The notes below the pieces were generated by a model, which did not search any database, was not told the origin of the DNA, and saw only the letters and a program-made list of their open reading frames with translations. From an uncultured archaeon (GTDB lineage: Archaea; Asgardarchaeota; Lokiarchaeia; Sigyniarchaeales; SOKP01), in NCBI GenBank assembly GCA_964388035.1, contig CAYLZE010000006.1, positions 48,576 through 112,575 of the forward strand: DNA of 64,000 bases. The letters run 5' to 3'. This document shows, one piece after another, positions 41,504 through 51,271 of the stretch (position 1 is the stretch's first letter; every line of letters begins with the position of its first letter). The translations under genes and the position numbers were made by a program.

Positions 41504-41946
41504 TTTATTTAGCTTTTCTTTTAATTTTATTTAATGTAATAAAGATAAATATAGTAAGAAAGGAAGTACACTTAGAAATTTAATATTTTTCTATATAGCT
41601 TGCACAAAAATAATTAGAATACATTGTAATATCATAATATAGCTAAATAAACCTTTTTAAACAAAAAGTTAAAAACGCGCTTCTATTTCTCAAAAACTGG
41701 AGAAAAGAAGGGATGCATACACTTTCAAACAGCTCAAAATTAACCCAACAAGACGATAAATAAAAGAAGATTTTCTTTTTCATTCATGAGTTATAAAATT
41801 AACAGGTAAATTCAATTACATCTAAAAGATTAAAGGTGGATTAAGAGATAAATTAAAACCTTAAAAAGAAAAAATGATGATTATCAGAAAAAACTTTTTT
41901 ATCCTTATACATTTCCTTAGATAGTATTATTAAATTGGTAAGCAAA

Positions 41947-43077
41947 ATGTCTAATAATAAGCTAAAAGTTGGCGTTATTGGTTGCGGAACGGTTGCGAAT
42001 ATTGCTCACTTACCGATCTACCGCGACTCTCCGCTTGTAGAACTTGTGGCAGTTTCTGATCCCCTCGATTCTCATCTCAAATACGCCCAAGAGCAATATA
42101 AAGTATCAAAAACATATAAAGACGCAAACAATTTATTAGATGATCCAAATATTGATGCTGTAAGCATTTGTTCTCCTCATTGGGCTCATGCTGAGCAAGT
42201 AATAAGAGCTGCTAAAAACGGAAAGCATGTTCTATGTGAAAAACCGATTGGTATAAGTTTAAAGGAAGTGGATGAGATGATTAAAGCCGTTCAGAAAAAT
42301 GGTGTAATATTTCAAACGGCCACTCAAAAACGATTTGACTTGGGATTCCAATTCATAAAGGAGAAGATCAAGGAAAAGGAGATCGGAGAGATTTTTCACG
42401 CTTCCCTTCATTGGTATCAATCCATACCTGATTTAGGAGCTAATCCCCGAAATGATGTGATTCAAGAAGCGGGATTATGGAGAATTGCAGATAATAGGTG
42501 CGGAGGGGGAGATCTTTTGGATCATGGGCCCCATTATTTTGATTTATTTAGATGGTGGTTTGGGGAAATAAAAAACGTTAGTGCGCAAATACGGCGAATA
42601 CGCAAGAGTAGGGTCAACGAAGATCATTCAATCATTTTATTATCGTTTAAAAATAGCGAGGTAACCGCCGTAATAGAACGTTCTGAAGCATTTTTTGGTG
42701 AAGTCTTTGGTCAAGAAGGGGGTAAGGTTCATGGAATTAATGGCACGTATTTTTTTGATGTTCCAAATGAATACAAGAGAAAACCGATGACTATAAGGAA
42801 ATATTCAAGAGAAAAAGAGATTAGTAAACCCTCGGAAGTTAAAATTACCTTTCCAAAAGACCGTTGGAGCTTGCCTTATGCTAGAGAAATACGCACATTT
42901 ATTAATCAGGTTTTAGGCCACTCAAATGAGGATGTTGGGTTTCCTAAGGAATGGATACCGACCATCCATGACGGGAGAGCCGGATTAGAAACCGTGTTAG
43001 CCTGTTATACCTCGCAGAATTTGCAGCAAACCATTTCATTACCCTCAAAAGAATATAAACCGCTAAAATGGAATTAG
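41947..43077 (+). CDS. Gfo/Idh/MocA family oxidoreductase
   Basis: GVIGCG, GKHVLCEKP, GGGDLLDHGPHYFD. Confidence 0.92.
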   Translation: MSNNKLKVGVIGCGTVANIAHLPIYRDSPLVELVAVSDPLDSHLKYAQEQYKVSKTYKDANNLLDDPNIDAVSICSPHWAHAEQVIRAAKNGKHVLCEKPIGISLKEVDEMIKAVQKNGVIFQTATQKRFDLGFQFIKEKIKEKEIGEIFHASLHWYQSIPDLGANPRNDVIQEAGLWRIADNRCGGGDLLDHGPHYFDLFRWWFGEIKNVSAQIRRIRKSRVNEDHSIILLSFKNSEVTAVIERSEAFFGEVFGQEGGKVHGINGTYFFDVPNEYKRKPMTIRKYSREKEISKPSEVKITFPKDRWSLPYAREIRTFINQVLGHSNEDVGFPKEWIPTIHDGRAGLETVLACYTSQNLQQTISLPSKEYKPLKWN

Positions 43078-43108
43078 ATAGAATGAAATTTTCAAACACA
43101 CTTGAATA

Positions 43109-44290
43109 TTAACTTTTTATTTCAAAAAACTTTACTTGCTCTACGATGAATTCACATAATTCTTTTAACAAGTGGGCATCCACATTTTCGAGAGAATCGT
43201 ATTTAGAGTGCATGTATTGACCTGCTTCGGGGCTTCCAAACTCGAAGAGATTAAATTTTTTTCTGAATAGATAGATTCCATCAGTATGGACACCACGATT
43301 AATCCTGCTGATATATGTAAAAAAACCTCTTTTCTTAGCATGAGAGCGAAAAAGTTTGAGATAATCTGGATTATTTTCTAAATTATTTTTTCCTATAAAA
43401 ATCCCCACGCTTTTTTTTCCTAAAGATTCAAAATTATTAACAATTGTTCGACGTGGATCCACTTGCTTTAACTTTTTATAGAAATATCGTATTCCCATCG
43501 TGCCCGTTTCTTCAGCCCCCGTAAGAACGAACCACAAATTCAATTTTTTCAATTTCTCAGTGTTAGGAGGTTGAGAGTAATAGTCCATGAGTTCTAAAAC
43601 GCATGCCACACCAGAAGCATTATCAATAACCCCTTTAGATTGATTATTAATAGTATTAAGAGCAAGGATCGCAAGCGTTATTAAGTTAACAGCAAGTGGA
43701 AAAGCACCGATATAATAGAATAACCGTGCAAGTTGGGGTAAAATGATGTTCTTTAATAAAATGATGATTACGCAAGCAAGCAATGAAATTATAAAGAAGA
43801 AAATGCTGATAAATCGCAATCTTACCGTAACTCTTTGCCCTTTAGAATCCAAATGAGCAATGAAGAAAATATTTTTGACGTTATTGGTTTTATCACCTTC
43901 CATTTCTTTGGATTTTTGTCCACTCAATTTAATGTATAAATTTTGGGAATCAAGTACTTTTCCGATTCGGATATTTTCGGGATTTCTTGTTAGGATAAAG
44001 AACGGAAGAAAAAAGAGGAATGTAATGATAAGGCTTAAGGACACGAATATCCCGCTTAAATTCAAGTAGAGTGTAAATATAATCCATAATGCTGTGGGAA
44101 AAGCAATTTTAGGATAAATACGAGAATAAAAAGTGGAGAATTTAAAAGATTGGGTTTCAAGAGGTAAATTTAATTTTTTAATCTCTTCCTTGGCGAGAGT
44201 AAAAGCTCTATCTTCATGAATTGTTCCCGATAATCTAGGGAAGGCAAATATTTTCAAATATTCTTGGATCCTTTCTTCATTTAAGCCCAT
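43109..44290 (-). CDS. M28 family membrane metallopeptidase
   Basis: FPRLSGT, AHLDS, DNASG, GAEETG, HTD, MHS..D. Confidence 0.85.
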   Translation of the reverse strand: MGLNEERIQEYLKIFAFPRLSGTIHEDRAFTLAKEEIKKLNLPLETQSFKFSTFYSRIYPKIAFPTALWIIFTLYLNLSGIFVSLSLIITFLFFLPFFILTRNPENIRIGKVLDSQNLYIKLSGQKSKEMEGDKTNNVKNIFFIAHLDSKGQRVTVRLRFISIFFFIISLLACVIIILLKNIILPQLARLFYYIGAFPLAVNLITLAILALNTINNQSKGVIDNASGVACVLELMDYYSQPPNTEKLKKLNLWFVLTGAEETGTMGIRYFYKKLKQVDPRRTIVNNFESLGKKSVGIFIGKNNLENNPDYLKLFRSHAKKRGFFTYISRINRGVHTDGIYLFRKKFNLFEFGSPEAGQYMHSKYDSLENVDAHLLKELCEFIVEQVKFFEIKS

Positions 44291-44588
44291 GATGAGTATT
44301 TAAATGAAAATCTTAAATAATATAATTATAATAATTAAAAATAAGTAGATAATTAAAAAATCTAATAGATGTAAAAAAACTTTTACAATATTTCACGTTT
44401 TCTGGTAAATTAGTTTAAAATATGCTTTTATATCTGATTTTGGAAATTTTTATACAATTGAATTGAAGGTTAACTAAAAAAGTAACAGATGTGAAGAAAT
44501 ATAAGAATGAAATGATATTCATTTTAATAGAATGATGAAAGATCGATTTAGTACCATGAAATATAAGAAATCATGGTCGTGATGAAAA

Positions 44589-44876
44589 ATGGAATTAAAG
44601 CATAATATACCTACTGAGGAAATAAGCGTAGCAGCGTACTACGTGTGGCAACGGCAATATAATTATGAAATCCTTTGTTGGTTATTGGCAGAACGTCAAT
44701 TACATGTGGAAAAAGAATTTACTAAATCATCCGTTACCTTGATTAGCCAATTGGCAGAGAATATTTTTTCGTCAAAAACTCCTTATGATATCCTCTGTTG
44801 GTATATAGGATTATATAATTTATTCATAAAAAGAAAAACATCAATCAAAGATGTAGATTCAATCTTTAAGAGATAA
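44589..44876 (+). CDS. Hypothetical protein with an internal repeat
   Basis: YEILCWLLAERQL / YDILCWYIGLYNL duplicated motif. Confidence 0.7.
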   Translation: MELKHNIPTEEISVAAYYVWQRQYNYEILCWLLAERQLHVEKEFTKSSVTLISQLAENIFSSKTPYDILCWYIGLYNLFIKRKTSIKDVDSIFKR

Positions 44877-45011
44877 TTTTTAATCTCTTTTGATATATTG
44901 ACAAGATTTTTGTTCTCCTATAGGAGATCTTTTATTTTTAAGAGTTCGCAAGAGATAAGGAGGATTAATTCGTATATTACTCAATAATCCAAGAAAAATA
45001 GGTGAAGAGGA

Positions 45012-45680
45012 ATGGAAAAAATTGAAGAAGAATTGAAAATAGATGAATTTAGAAGATCCTTTCTAATATATACTAGAAAAGCATTTAAGATGCTTCCAAA
45101 TTTAGAAAACCCCTGCATATTAGATATAGGATGCGGTTCGGGAATTCCAACTTTAGAATTAGCCACATTAAGTAATGGGAAGATCATCGGAATCGATATT
45201 GACCAAAATGCTATAAGTGAATTCAAAAAGAAGATTAAAGATTCAAATTTAAGCAAGAGGATTAAAGCTTTAAATCTCTCCTTGTTTGATGTAAATTTTC
45301 CTAAGGAATGTTTTGATATAATATGGGCAGAAGGTGCTGTAGGTCCTATTGGGTTTGAAAAAGCGTTAAGACATTGCAAGCGTTTATTAAAACCCAATGG
45401 ATTCATGGTAATCCATGATGATCTGAAAAAGAAAGAAGAGAAATTAGAAATGATTTTAAAAGATGGATATGAATTACATGACATGTTTGAATTACCTGAG
45501 GATACGTGGGGTATTGAATATTATCAACCATTAGAAATCAAAATGAAAGAGTTTCGTATCAAGCATAAAGAATCACCTCAGATAATGGAGAAATTAAAGA
45601 AATACCAAGATGAGATCAATGCATTTAAGAACGATCCAAGCGATTTCAAATCCATTTTTTATATTATAAAAAGAATCTGA
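45012..45680 (+). CDS. Class I SAM-dependent methyltransferase
   Basis: ILDIGCGSG, FDIIWAEGA, LKPNG. Confidence 0.92.
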   Translation: MEKIEEELKIDEFRRSFLIYTRKAFKMLPNLENPCILDIGCGSGIPTLELATLSNGKIIGIDIDQNAISEFKKKIKDSNLSKRIKALNLSLFDVNFPKECFDIIWAEGAVGPIGFEKALRHCKRLLKPNGFMVIHDDLKKKEEKLEMILKDGYELHDMFELPEDTWGIEYYQPLEIKMKEFRIKHKESPQIMEKLKKYQDEINAFKNDPSDFKSIFYIIKRI

Positions 45681-45792
45681 AGAAAATTTGGATGCAAATT
45701 AAAACCAGATTATTATCTCTTTCAAAATTATTTTTTAAAATGATGGGTGATCAAAAAGTTACCTTTTTTAACATTTATCTAGAAATAAATGA

Positions 45793-46011
45793 ATGAAAGA
45801 GATTTCTAAGAAAGTTGAGAATGAAAAAATATGTGACAATAACATGTGGGATAAAATAAATGAGTGCCTTAGAAATGATGATTATGAATTACTGAAGGCG
45901 CATTTTGGCCGAGATGATTTAAGCTTACAAATTATTGATATGCTGCCCAAGTTAGGTAAAATTAAAGTGTCTATTGAAGATTTTCAATCGGGAACTATTC
46001 TTGGAAAATAG
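45793..46011 (+). CDS. Hypothetical protein (72 aa)
   Basis: ATG-started ORF in an otherwise empty gap; no motif. Confidence 0.45.
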   Translation: MKEISKKVENEKICDNNMWDKINECLRNDDYELLKAHFGRDDLSLQIIDMLPKLGKIKVSIEDFQSGTILGK

Positions 46012-46057
46012 AAGATCTCTAAAGGATGAAAATGACCATTCTATTTTTACTTACTTC

Positions 46058-46095
46058 TAAAAAAAAAAAGAGAAAAGGAAAAACGGTGGCAACCG
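46058..46095 (-). terminator. Hairpin plus U-tract terminator of the putative selenoprotein gene
   Basis: Minus strand CGGT-TGCC-ACCG followed by TTTTTCCTTTTCTC and a long T run. Confidence 0.5.
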
Positions 46096-46096
46096 G

Positions 46097-46138
46097 AAAT
46101 CGCTAATCTTCTAAGATTTTTAAGATTAGGTCATATTT
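46097..46138 (-). promoter_or_regulatory. Eukaryote-type SECIS-like element in the 3' UTR
   Basis: Minus strand AUGA-C-CUAAUCUU-AAAAAUCUUAG-AAGAUUAG-C-GA-U: AUGA/GA kink-turn core, perfect 8-bp stem, A-rich loop; AUGA begins 10 nt after the stop. Confidence 0.75.
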
Positions 46139-46144
46139 TTATGG

Positions 46145-46492
46145 TTATTTATATTTCAAGAACAGGTAGTTTCTACTCCATTTAAACATTTTATAAATCT
46201 TGGCATCCATGATGAAATCTTCGGGATGTTCAAAATCGCCAAATAATGGTCGTTCTAAGTAGACTTGAATCGTTTTTTCACCAACTTTAAGTTCCGTCCA
46301 TTTATCAACACTATCATACTTTCTCACTTCACTTTCGGATAGCATTTGTACCATAATTTGGCAAGATGTTCCTGATCAGGATCGCATGAAATATCGATAC
46401 ACCAAGATGACAATTGGTTCTGCATTTTCGTTCTCTAAGGTTTGCTCTAATTGTTCTTGAATTACTTGTTTAGCATCTTCAGTTACTTGCAT
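46145..46492 (-). CDS. Putative selenoprotein, HesB/IscA-like N-terminus (115 aa, Sec at codon 39)
   Basis: MQVTEDAKQVIQEQLEQTLENENAEPIVILVYRYFMRS-TGA-SGTSCQI reads in frame into the tracked 69-aa ORF; TGA at 46376-46378; SECIS-like hairpin downstream. Confidence 0.75.
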
Positions 46493-46621
46493 TTTTTAAG
46501 TGATATTTCTTTTCTTAAAAAAATGGTATATATCCCTAAAATCTTAAGCTTATATTTTAAAATTATTTAAAAAAAAAGCTTTAAATAATATTTGTTTTGG
46601 GAAATATTTAGATCATGATTC

Positions 46622-47404
46622 TTAAATTTCTTTTTCTTCTTTTATTTTGGGCTTGTATTTAACCATGATCACGATGATTACCCACAATATATAAAGCATT
46701 ACGACTCCGCTTATCCAACCGTTTTCACCGCCCTCTTCCATAGTAAATATAGACAAAAATCCTAACGAAATGACTCCCAAAAGAGCAAAGAATACCATCA
46801 TAATGACTTTACCTAAAAAACAATAAATCAGCGTCTTTTTCTTATCGTATTTAAGGAAACCCAATGTCGTTAATAAAATAGATTCTGGCAAGGGCGTAGC
46901 TCCGAATAATAAGATTATAAAGGGAATTAATTTAGGTTTCTTTAAAATAAGCTGACTCCACGGATTTTGTAATTCATGAGACTCTCGACTGATTAGACTC
47001 TGAGTACCTCTGCCAATCACCCAATCTAGCATGTCTCCCAAAGTATTAGAAATAGCTGCAGATAGAACTAATAATATAATCAATATCCACGCATCTTCTT
47101 TAGATAGTAACCAAGTTGCGGTAAAAGCGGTGATAGGAATGGCATAGGGCACGGGAATAGGAATGATCGCTCCAATGAAACATACTAATATCGTAAAACC
47201 GATTGCTATATATACAGGAATAGCATCAAGGGCTTCAGAACCAAACCAGTTGCTCATATCGAATACATTCCCTACGTTTTGATAAAGTGCAGATAATATG
47301 GTGACTACGATTATCACTCCCAGAAAGAGAATCAGGATTATATTGATTTTTTTCTGAGACTTTTTCACCTTTTTCTCTTCCAGTATATTATTATTTTCAG
47401 TCAT
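46622..47404 (-). CDS. DedA/VTT (SNARE-associated) family membrane protein
   Basis: IIPIPVPY, NTLGDMLDWVIGRG, LFGATPLPE, FLGK. Confidence 0.8.
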   Translation of the reverse strand: MTENNNILEEKKVKKSQKKINIILILFLGVIIVVTILSALYQNVGNVFDMSNWFGSEALDAIPVYIAIGFTILVCFIGAIIPIPVPYAIPITAFTATWLLSKEDAWILIILLVLSAAISNTLGDMLDWVIGRGTQSLISRESHELQNPWSQLILKKPKLIPFIILLFGATPLPESILLTTLGFLKYDKKKTLIYCFLGKVIMMVFFALLGVISLGFLSIFTMEEGGENGWISGVVMLYILWVIIVIMVKYKPKIKEEKEI

Positions 47405-47510
47405 TATGATAGTTTATTCAACGTGTTCTTTAAATTAAGGCTTCAAAAAAAGAAATTTTTAAAAAAAAGATGAATTAAAAGTTTATAATTTTATCTATCT
47501 TGGCAAATCC

Positions 47511-48941
47511 TTAAGATTGTTTTTCCTTGAGATAATCCAAGTAATTCTTTTCCTTTTCGATATGAATCGCTTGCAATTTATTCTTTTGTTCTTTCCATTC
47601 TGCTCCACCTAAAGGAAAGAACTTGATGGCTATAGCAGCAAGAAGCGAAAAGATCCCTGGAATGAGGGCTATTCCTATCATGATACCCAGCTTAGCAGAA
47701 TAGGATTGTTCCGTACCGGGGACATTAATAAACCCATATGAAGAAATTATGGTCAAGAATAACCAAGGAGCAATGGAAACTGCGGGCTTAGTAATAAGTG
47801 CGCTCACCCCAGAATAACTCGTTTCTCTGCGTTTTCCGGTACGCATCTCATCGTAATCGATGGCATCCGCCAAAACCATCTGGATTGTCATGGTCTGTCC
47901 TGAATATCCGATTCCTAAAAGGACCATGGCAATTATGGCTGTAAAGAAATTCCACCCGATGAAGAAGAAAAGGAAAAAGGCTGCACCCGTAAATATAATC
48001 GTCCAAAAAAATATTGTTTTTAATTCATATTTTCCAAGAAATTTATTGAAAACTATGGTGAAGGCAAATATCATGCCGAAAAAGATAACGAGTGGAACGA
48101 TGGTAAGGACACCGCCAATATCAAGCACGAAATCAAGATAATAAAATACCGCACCCGTCAACGTGTATTGTGCTACGGTTAAGCAGAAAGCCCCTACTTC
48201 AAAAATTAAAAAGGGCTTGTTTTTAAAAGTTTCCTTGATCGAATTCCAGTAACTTAGAGGTTCTTCTAGGTAAGTATATTTATTTTCTTTTATATAATAG
48301 CTTGCAATGAAAATGATCACACCGCAGATAATTCCAAGAATGACCATCGTATTTTGGAATACGGCGATAGGAGGTGCATCTGAACCCGTTAGTAGAACAG
48401 AGGGAAGTAAAAAAGTAAGCAGCGTGCCAAGCCCGGTAAAGATAGAAACAAAAATCATTACTCCGGCCCTTGCTTTTGAGGTAATTGCCATTTCTGCCGG
48501 CATCGAATATGTTATTAACCCCACGATGGTAAAGATAGTATCGAAAGCAAAAAGTATGAATAAAAAATACCAAAATAGCGCGACTTGGTCATTCAAACCG
48601 ACTAAGGGAAACCAGCAGATAATAAATAAGATCACGTAAAATGGCGCTCCAAACCTTATATAAGGAATCCTTCTTCCATACTTCTCTGACTTGGTCCTAT
48701 CTTCTATAAATCCAAAAAGGGGATCATTTAATGCGTTCCACGCGATAAATATTAGCCAAGCAAGCCCCGTATAAAATTCACTTAAACCTAAATGAACATT
48801 ATAATAATATGTTATCGGACCTAATCCCAATCCCGATAAGACCACGTGTGCAAAGTACAAGATACCGTAAGAGAACTTTGATTTCATGGGGATTTTTTCC
48901 TCAATTGAGGTAGAGGATGGCCCTTTTTCAACTATTTTCAT
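47511..48941 (-). CDS. MFS transporter, GPH family
   Basis: WNALNDPLFGFIED, YGRRIPY, DAIDYDEMRTGKRRE. Confidence 0.9.
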   Translation of the reverse strand: MKIVEKGPSSTSIEEKIPMKSKFSYGILYFAHVVLSGLGLGPITYYYNVHLGLSEFYTGLAWLIFIAWNALNDPLFGFIEDRTKSEKYGRRIPYIRFGAPFYVILFIICWFPLVGLNDQVALFWYFLFILFAFDTIFTIVGLITYSMPAEMAITSKARAGVMIFVSIFTGLGTLLTFLLPSVLLTGSDAPPIAVFQNTMVILGIICGVIIFIASYYIKENKYTYLEEPLSYWNSIKETFKNKPFLIFEVGAFCLTVAQYTLTGAVFYYLDFVLDIGGVLTIVPLVIFFGMIFAFTIVFNKFLGKYELKTIFFWTIIFTGAAFFLFFFIGWNFFTAIIAMVLLGIGYSGQTMTIQMVLADAIDYDEMRTGKRRETSYSGVSALITKPAVSIAPWLFLTIISSYGFINVPGTEQSYSAKLGIMIGIALIPGIFSLLAAIAIKFFPLGGAEWKEQKNKLQAIHIEKEKNYLDYLKEKQS

Positions 48942-49054
48942 TTTTATACCTTGTTTGTCAGGAATAATTTTTATTTAAATTATGAGATGAAAATATCTTA
49001 ATTATTTTAATTTTATTTAAGAGCTAAATCTTAATGTTTTCATCTTCTTTTATA

Positions 49055-49387
49055 CTAAAAATTTAGTTTAGAAGTAAACTTTCGCCCTCTAGCTTCGATT
49101 ATACACTCTTTTCCATTCGGGCTTATTATCAATATTGCCTTATCAATAACCTCTAGTGGAATTTCTTCTTTTTTTAGAACCTCATGAAACCAATCTATAA
49201 TAGAGGCATAATATTTTTCAATATCATCTCCTATGAGATCGGGAGTGAAGATCCTTCGTTTTAAATCGATTATAATCTCGATTTTGGGTTTAACGTGATA
49301 AAATGGGTCAATTAAATACCCGTGAGAAGTCCGGGATGAATCTCGCATGACTTGATTTACGATAGATTTTAGTTTATTTAATTTCAT
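49055..49387 (-). CDS. Hypothetical protein (110 aa)
   Basis: ATG-started ORF with plausible composition. Confidence 0.6.
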   Translation of the reverse strand: MKLNKLKSIVNQVMRDSSRTSHGYLIDPFYHVKPKIEIIIDLKRRIFTPDLIGDDIEKYYASIIDWFHEVLKKEEIPLEVIDKAILIISPNGKECIIEARGRKFTSKLNF

Positions 49388-49655
49388 ACTTTATGGAAAA
49401 AAATTATTTTTCTTAAAAATAAATGGGAAAGTAAGAATTATAAATAAAATGAAAAGATTAATATCGGGAAAGGATTCCATTTTTTTATTATCGTGTATTT
49501 ATGCCAAATTTTCCCCTTTTCCATATACCCAAACTAAGGCATTAAGGATTATTTAAGGGGGAAATGTATTTAATTATGAGAAGAAAATAACTTATGCATT
49601 TTAATTTTTATTTATTAGCTGAATCTTTTTATTTTTAGCATTTTTTGTCTATTCA

Positions 49656-50921
49656 ATGAATCCTAATCATTATCCCTACATTCCTCGGCATGTTCTCCTA
49701 CGAAGGTATAATGAAATTAATATTTATGATTTGAAGAACGACGAGTCTTATTTCATTGATGAGGAAGCTTATTCCGTTTTAAAAAAGATCAATGGAAAAA
49801 GTACATTCCAACAAATACTTGATAGTCAGGATCTTAAAAAGCGGGAGGAAGTTAAAGGCGCCTTGGATAACTTTTTAGAATTACAAGTAATTCAATCCAA
49901 TCCGGAAATTAAAATTAAGCAAGAGTTTGATTTCTCTAAACCGCATCATTTACCGGATAAAAATCCTTTTGAAGAACCCTATCTAATGAAACTCATGATT
50001 AATATCACGGAAAGATGTAATTTGCAATGCAAGCATTGTTATATTGCAGAAAAAAATCAAGTGGACATGCCAATGAAGGATTTAAAGAAGGTAATTGCAG
50101 AATTCTATGATTTACAAGGGGTAAGATTGATTTTAACTGGGGGAGAACCTTTCTTATATTCAGAATTAACCAACTTGCTAGAGGTTTTAAAAACCATTCC
50201 TCTTCAAAAAGTATTACTTTCAAATGGGACATTAATTACTACCAAGCCTGAAATAATATCCCTTCTGAAAGATAATTATTTTGAAGTGTTCATCAGTGTA
50301 GATGGGCTAGAGAAGGTTCATGAAGATTTAAGAAATGCTCATTGTTTCCAAGATACCATCGAGGGAATCAAACTTTTGATAAAAAATCAAATACCCGTCT
50401 CAATAAATACCATGGTTCACAGAGGCAATATCAATCAATTTGATCAGATCAATGATTTAATTCGAGAATTAGGACCGATAAAAAGTTGGGCAATCGACAT
50501 CCCTACCTTTGATAAATCAACTCCTGAAGAGGTTCGAAAAAAGTATGAAATATCTTTTGAAGAAGGAGCAGGAATATTAAGGAATTATGGATGGGGGGTC
50601 TTATTTGAATCCGAACCTTGCTCCAAAGATCTTGCCTGTGGTCCTAATATCATGGCCATTGATGTCCTGGGGAATATTTCGAAATGTGGATTTTTTAGTG
50701 ATCCCTCTTTAGGTAACGTGTTTAATCAGGGATTAGAGAAAAGTTGGAAATTGGTGCAGAAAAAATTAAATTGGAATATAAAGGAATTAAAATGTTCTCA
50801 ATTGAATTGCCAATACTTAGACCAATGCCGGGGAGGATGCAGGTATCGTGCATATACTACAACGGGGGATATATTAGGAATTGATACCTATAAATGCTAT
50901 CAATTAGGAAGATTAAATTAG
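49656..50921 (+). CDS. Radical SAM/SPASM protein with PqqD-like N-terminal domain
   Basis: CNLQCKHC, TGGEP, SVDG; SPASM CGP...GNISKC...C...C....C.GGC..RA; N-terminal IYDL...Y.IDE.A..VLK.ING..T...I pattern. Confidence 0.88.
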   Translation: MNPNHYPYIPRHVLLRRYNEINIYDLKNDESYFIDEEAYSVLKKINGKSTFQQILDSQDLKKREEVKGALDNFLELQVIQSNPEIKIKQEFDFSKPHHLPDKNPFEEPYLMKLMINITERCNLQCKHCYIAEKNQVDMPMKDLKKVIAEFYDLQGVRLILTGGEPFLYSELTNLLEVLKTIPLQKVLLSNGTLITTKPEIISLLKDNYFEVFISVDGLEKVHEDLRNAHCFQDTIEGIKLLIKNQIPVSINTMVHRGNINQFDQINDLIRELGPIKSWAIDIPTFDKSTPEEVRKKYEISFEEGAGILRNYGWGVLFESEPCSKDLACGPNIMAIDVLGNISKCGFFSDPSLGNVFNQGLEKSWKLVQKKLNWNIKELKCSQLNCQYLDQCRGGCRYRAYTTTGDILGIDTYKCYQLGRLN

Positions 50922-50979
50922 AAGAAAAATTTAATAATTTTACATTCGAGAAAAATAAAAAAAGGTGAGAAAGAATAAA

Positions 50980-51228
50980 ATGGCAAAAAAAGAACATGTT
51001 CTTTTAAGGACCGAAGCAGATATTACACCCTTGAATAGAGAATTAATAAACCGAGTTTGTCATAAATGTAATTTCTACCATGAGGATCAAGAATACTGGG
51101 AAACAGAATATGAATGTTCTGCATACAAATTTATCCGACAATTAATAGAAGAGAAAACAATAACGTTAGATCAGATTGATGAAATTTATACTCGTGTAGA
51201 TTTAAATCCTGAGAGAGAACTAAGATGA
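50980..51228 (+). CDS. Small Cys-containing protein co-transcribed with the radical SAM gene
   Basis: VCHKCNFY...YECSAY; ATG 50980. Confidence 0.7.
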   Translation: MAKKEHVLLRTEADITPLNRELINRVCHKCNFYHEDQEYWETEYECSAYKFIRQLIEEKTITLDQIDEIYTRVDLNPERELR

Positions 51229-51271
51229 GATGGACTATATCTTTCAGCACATATTCTTAAGAGGGGTTTTG

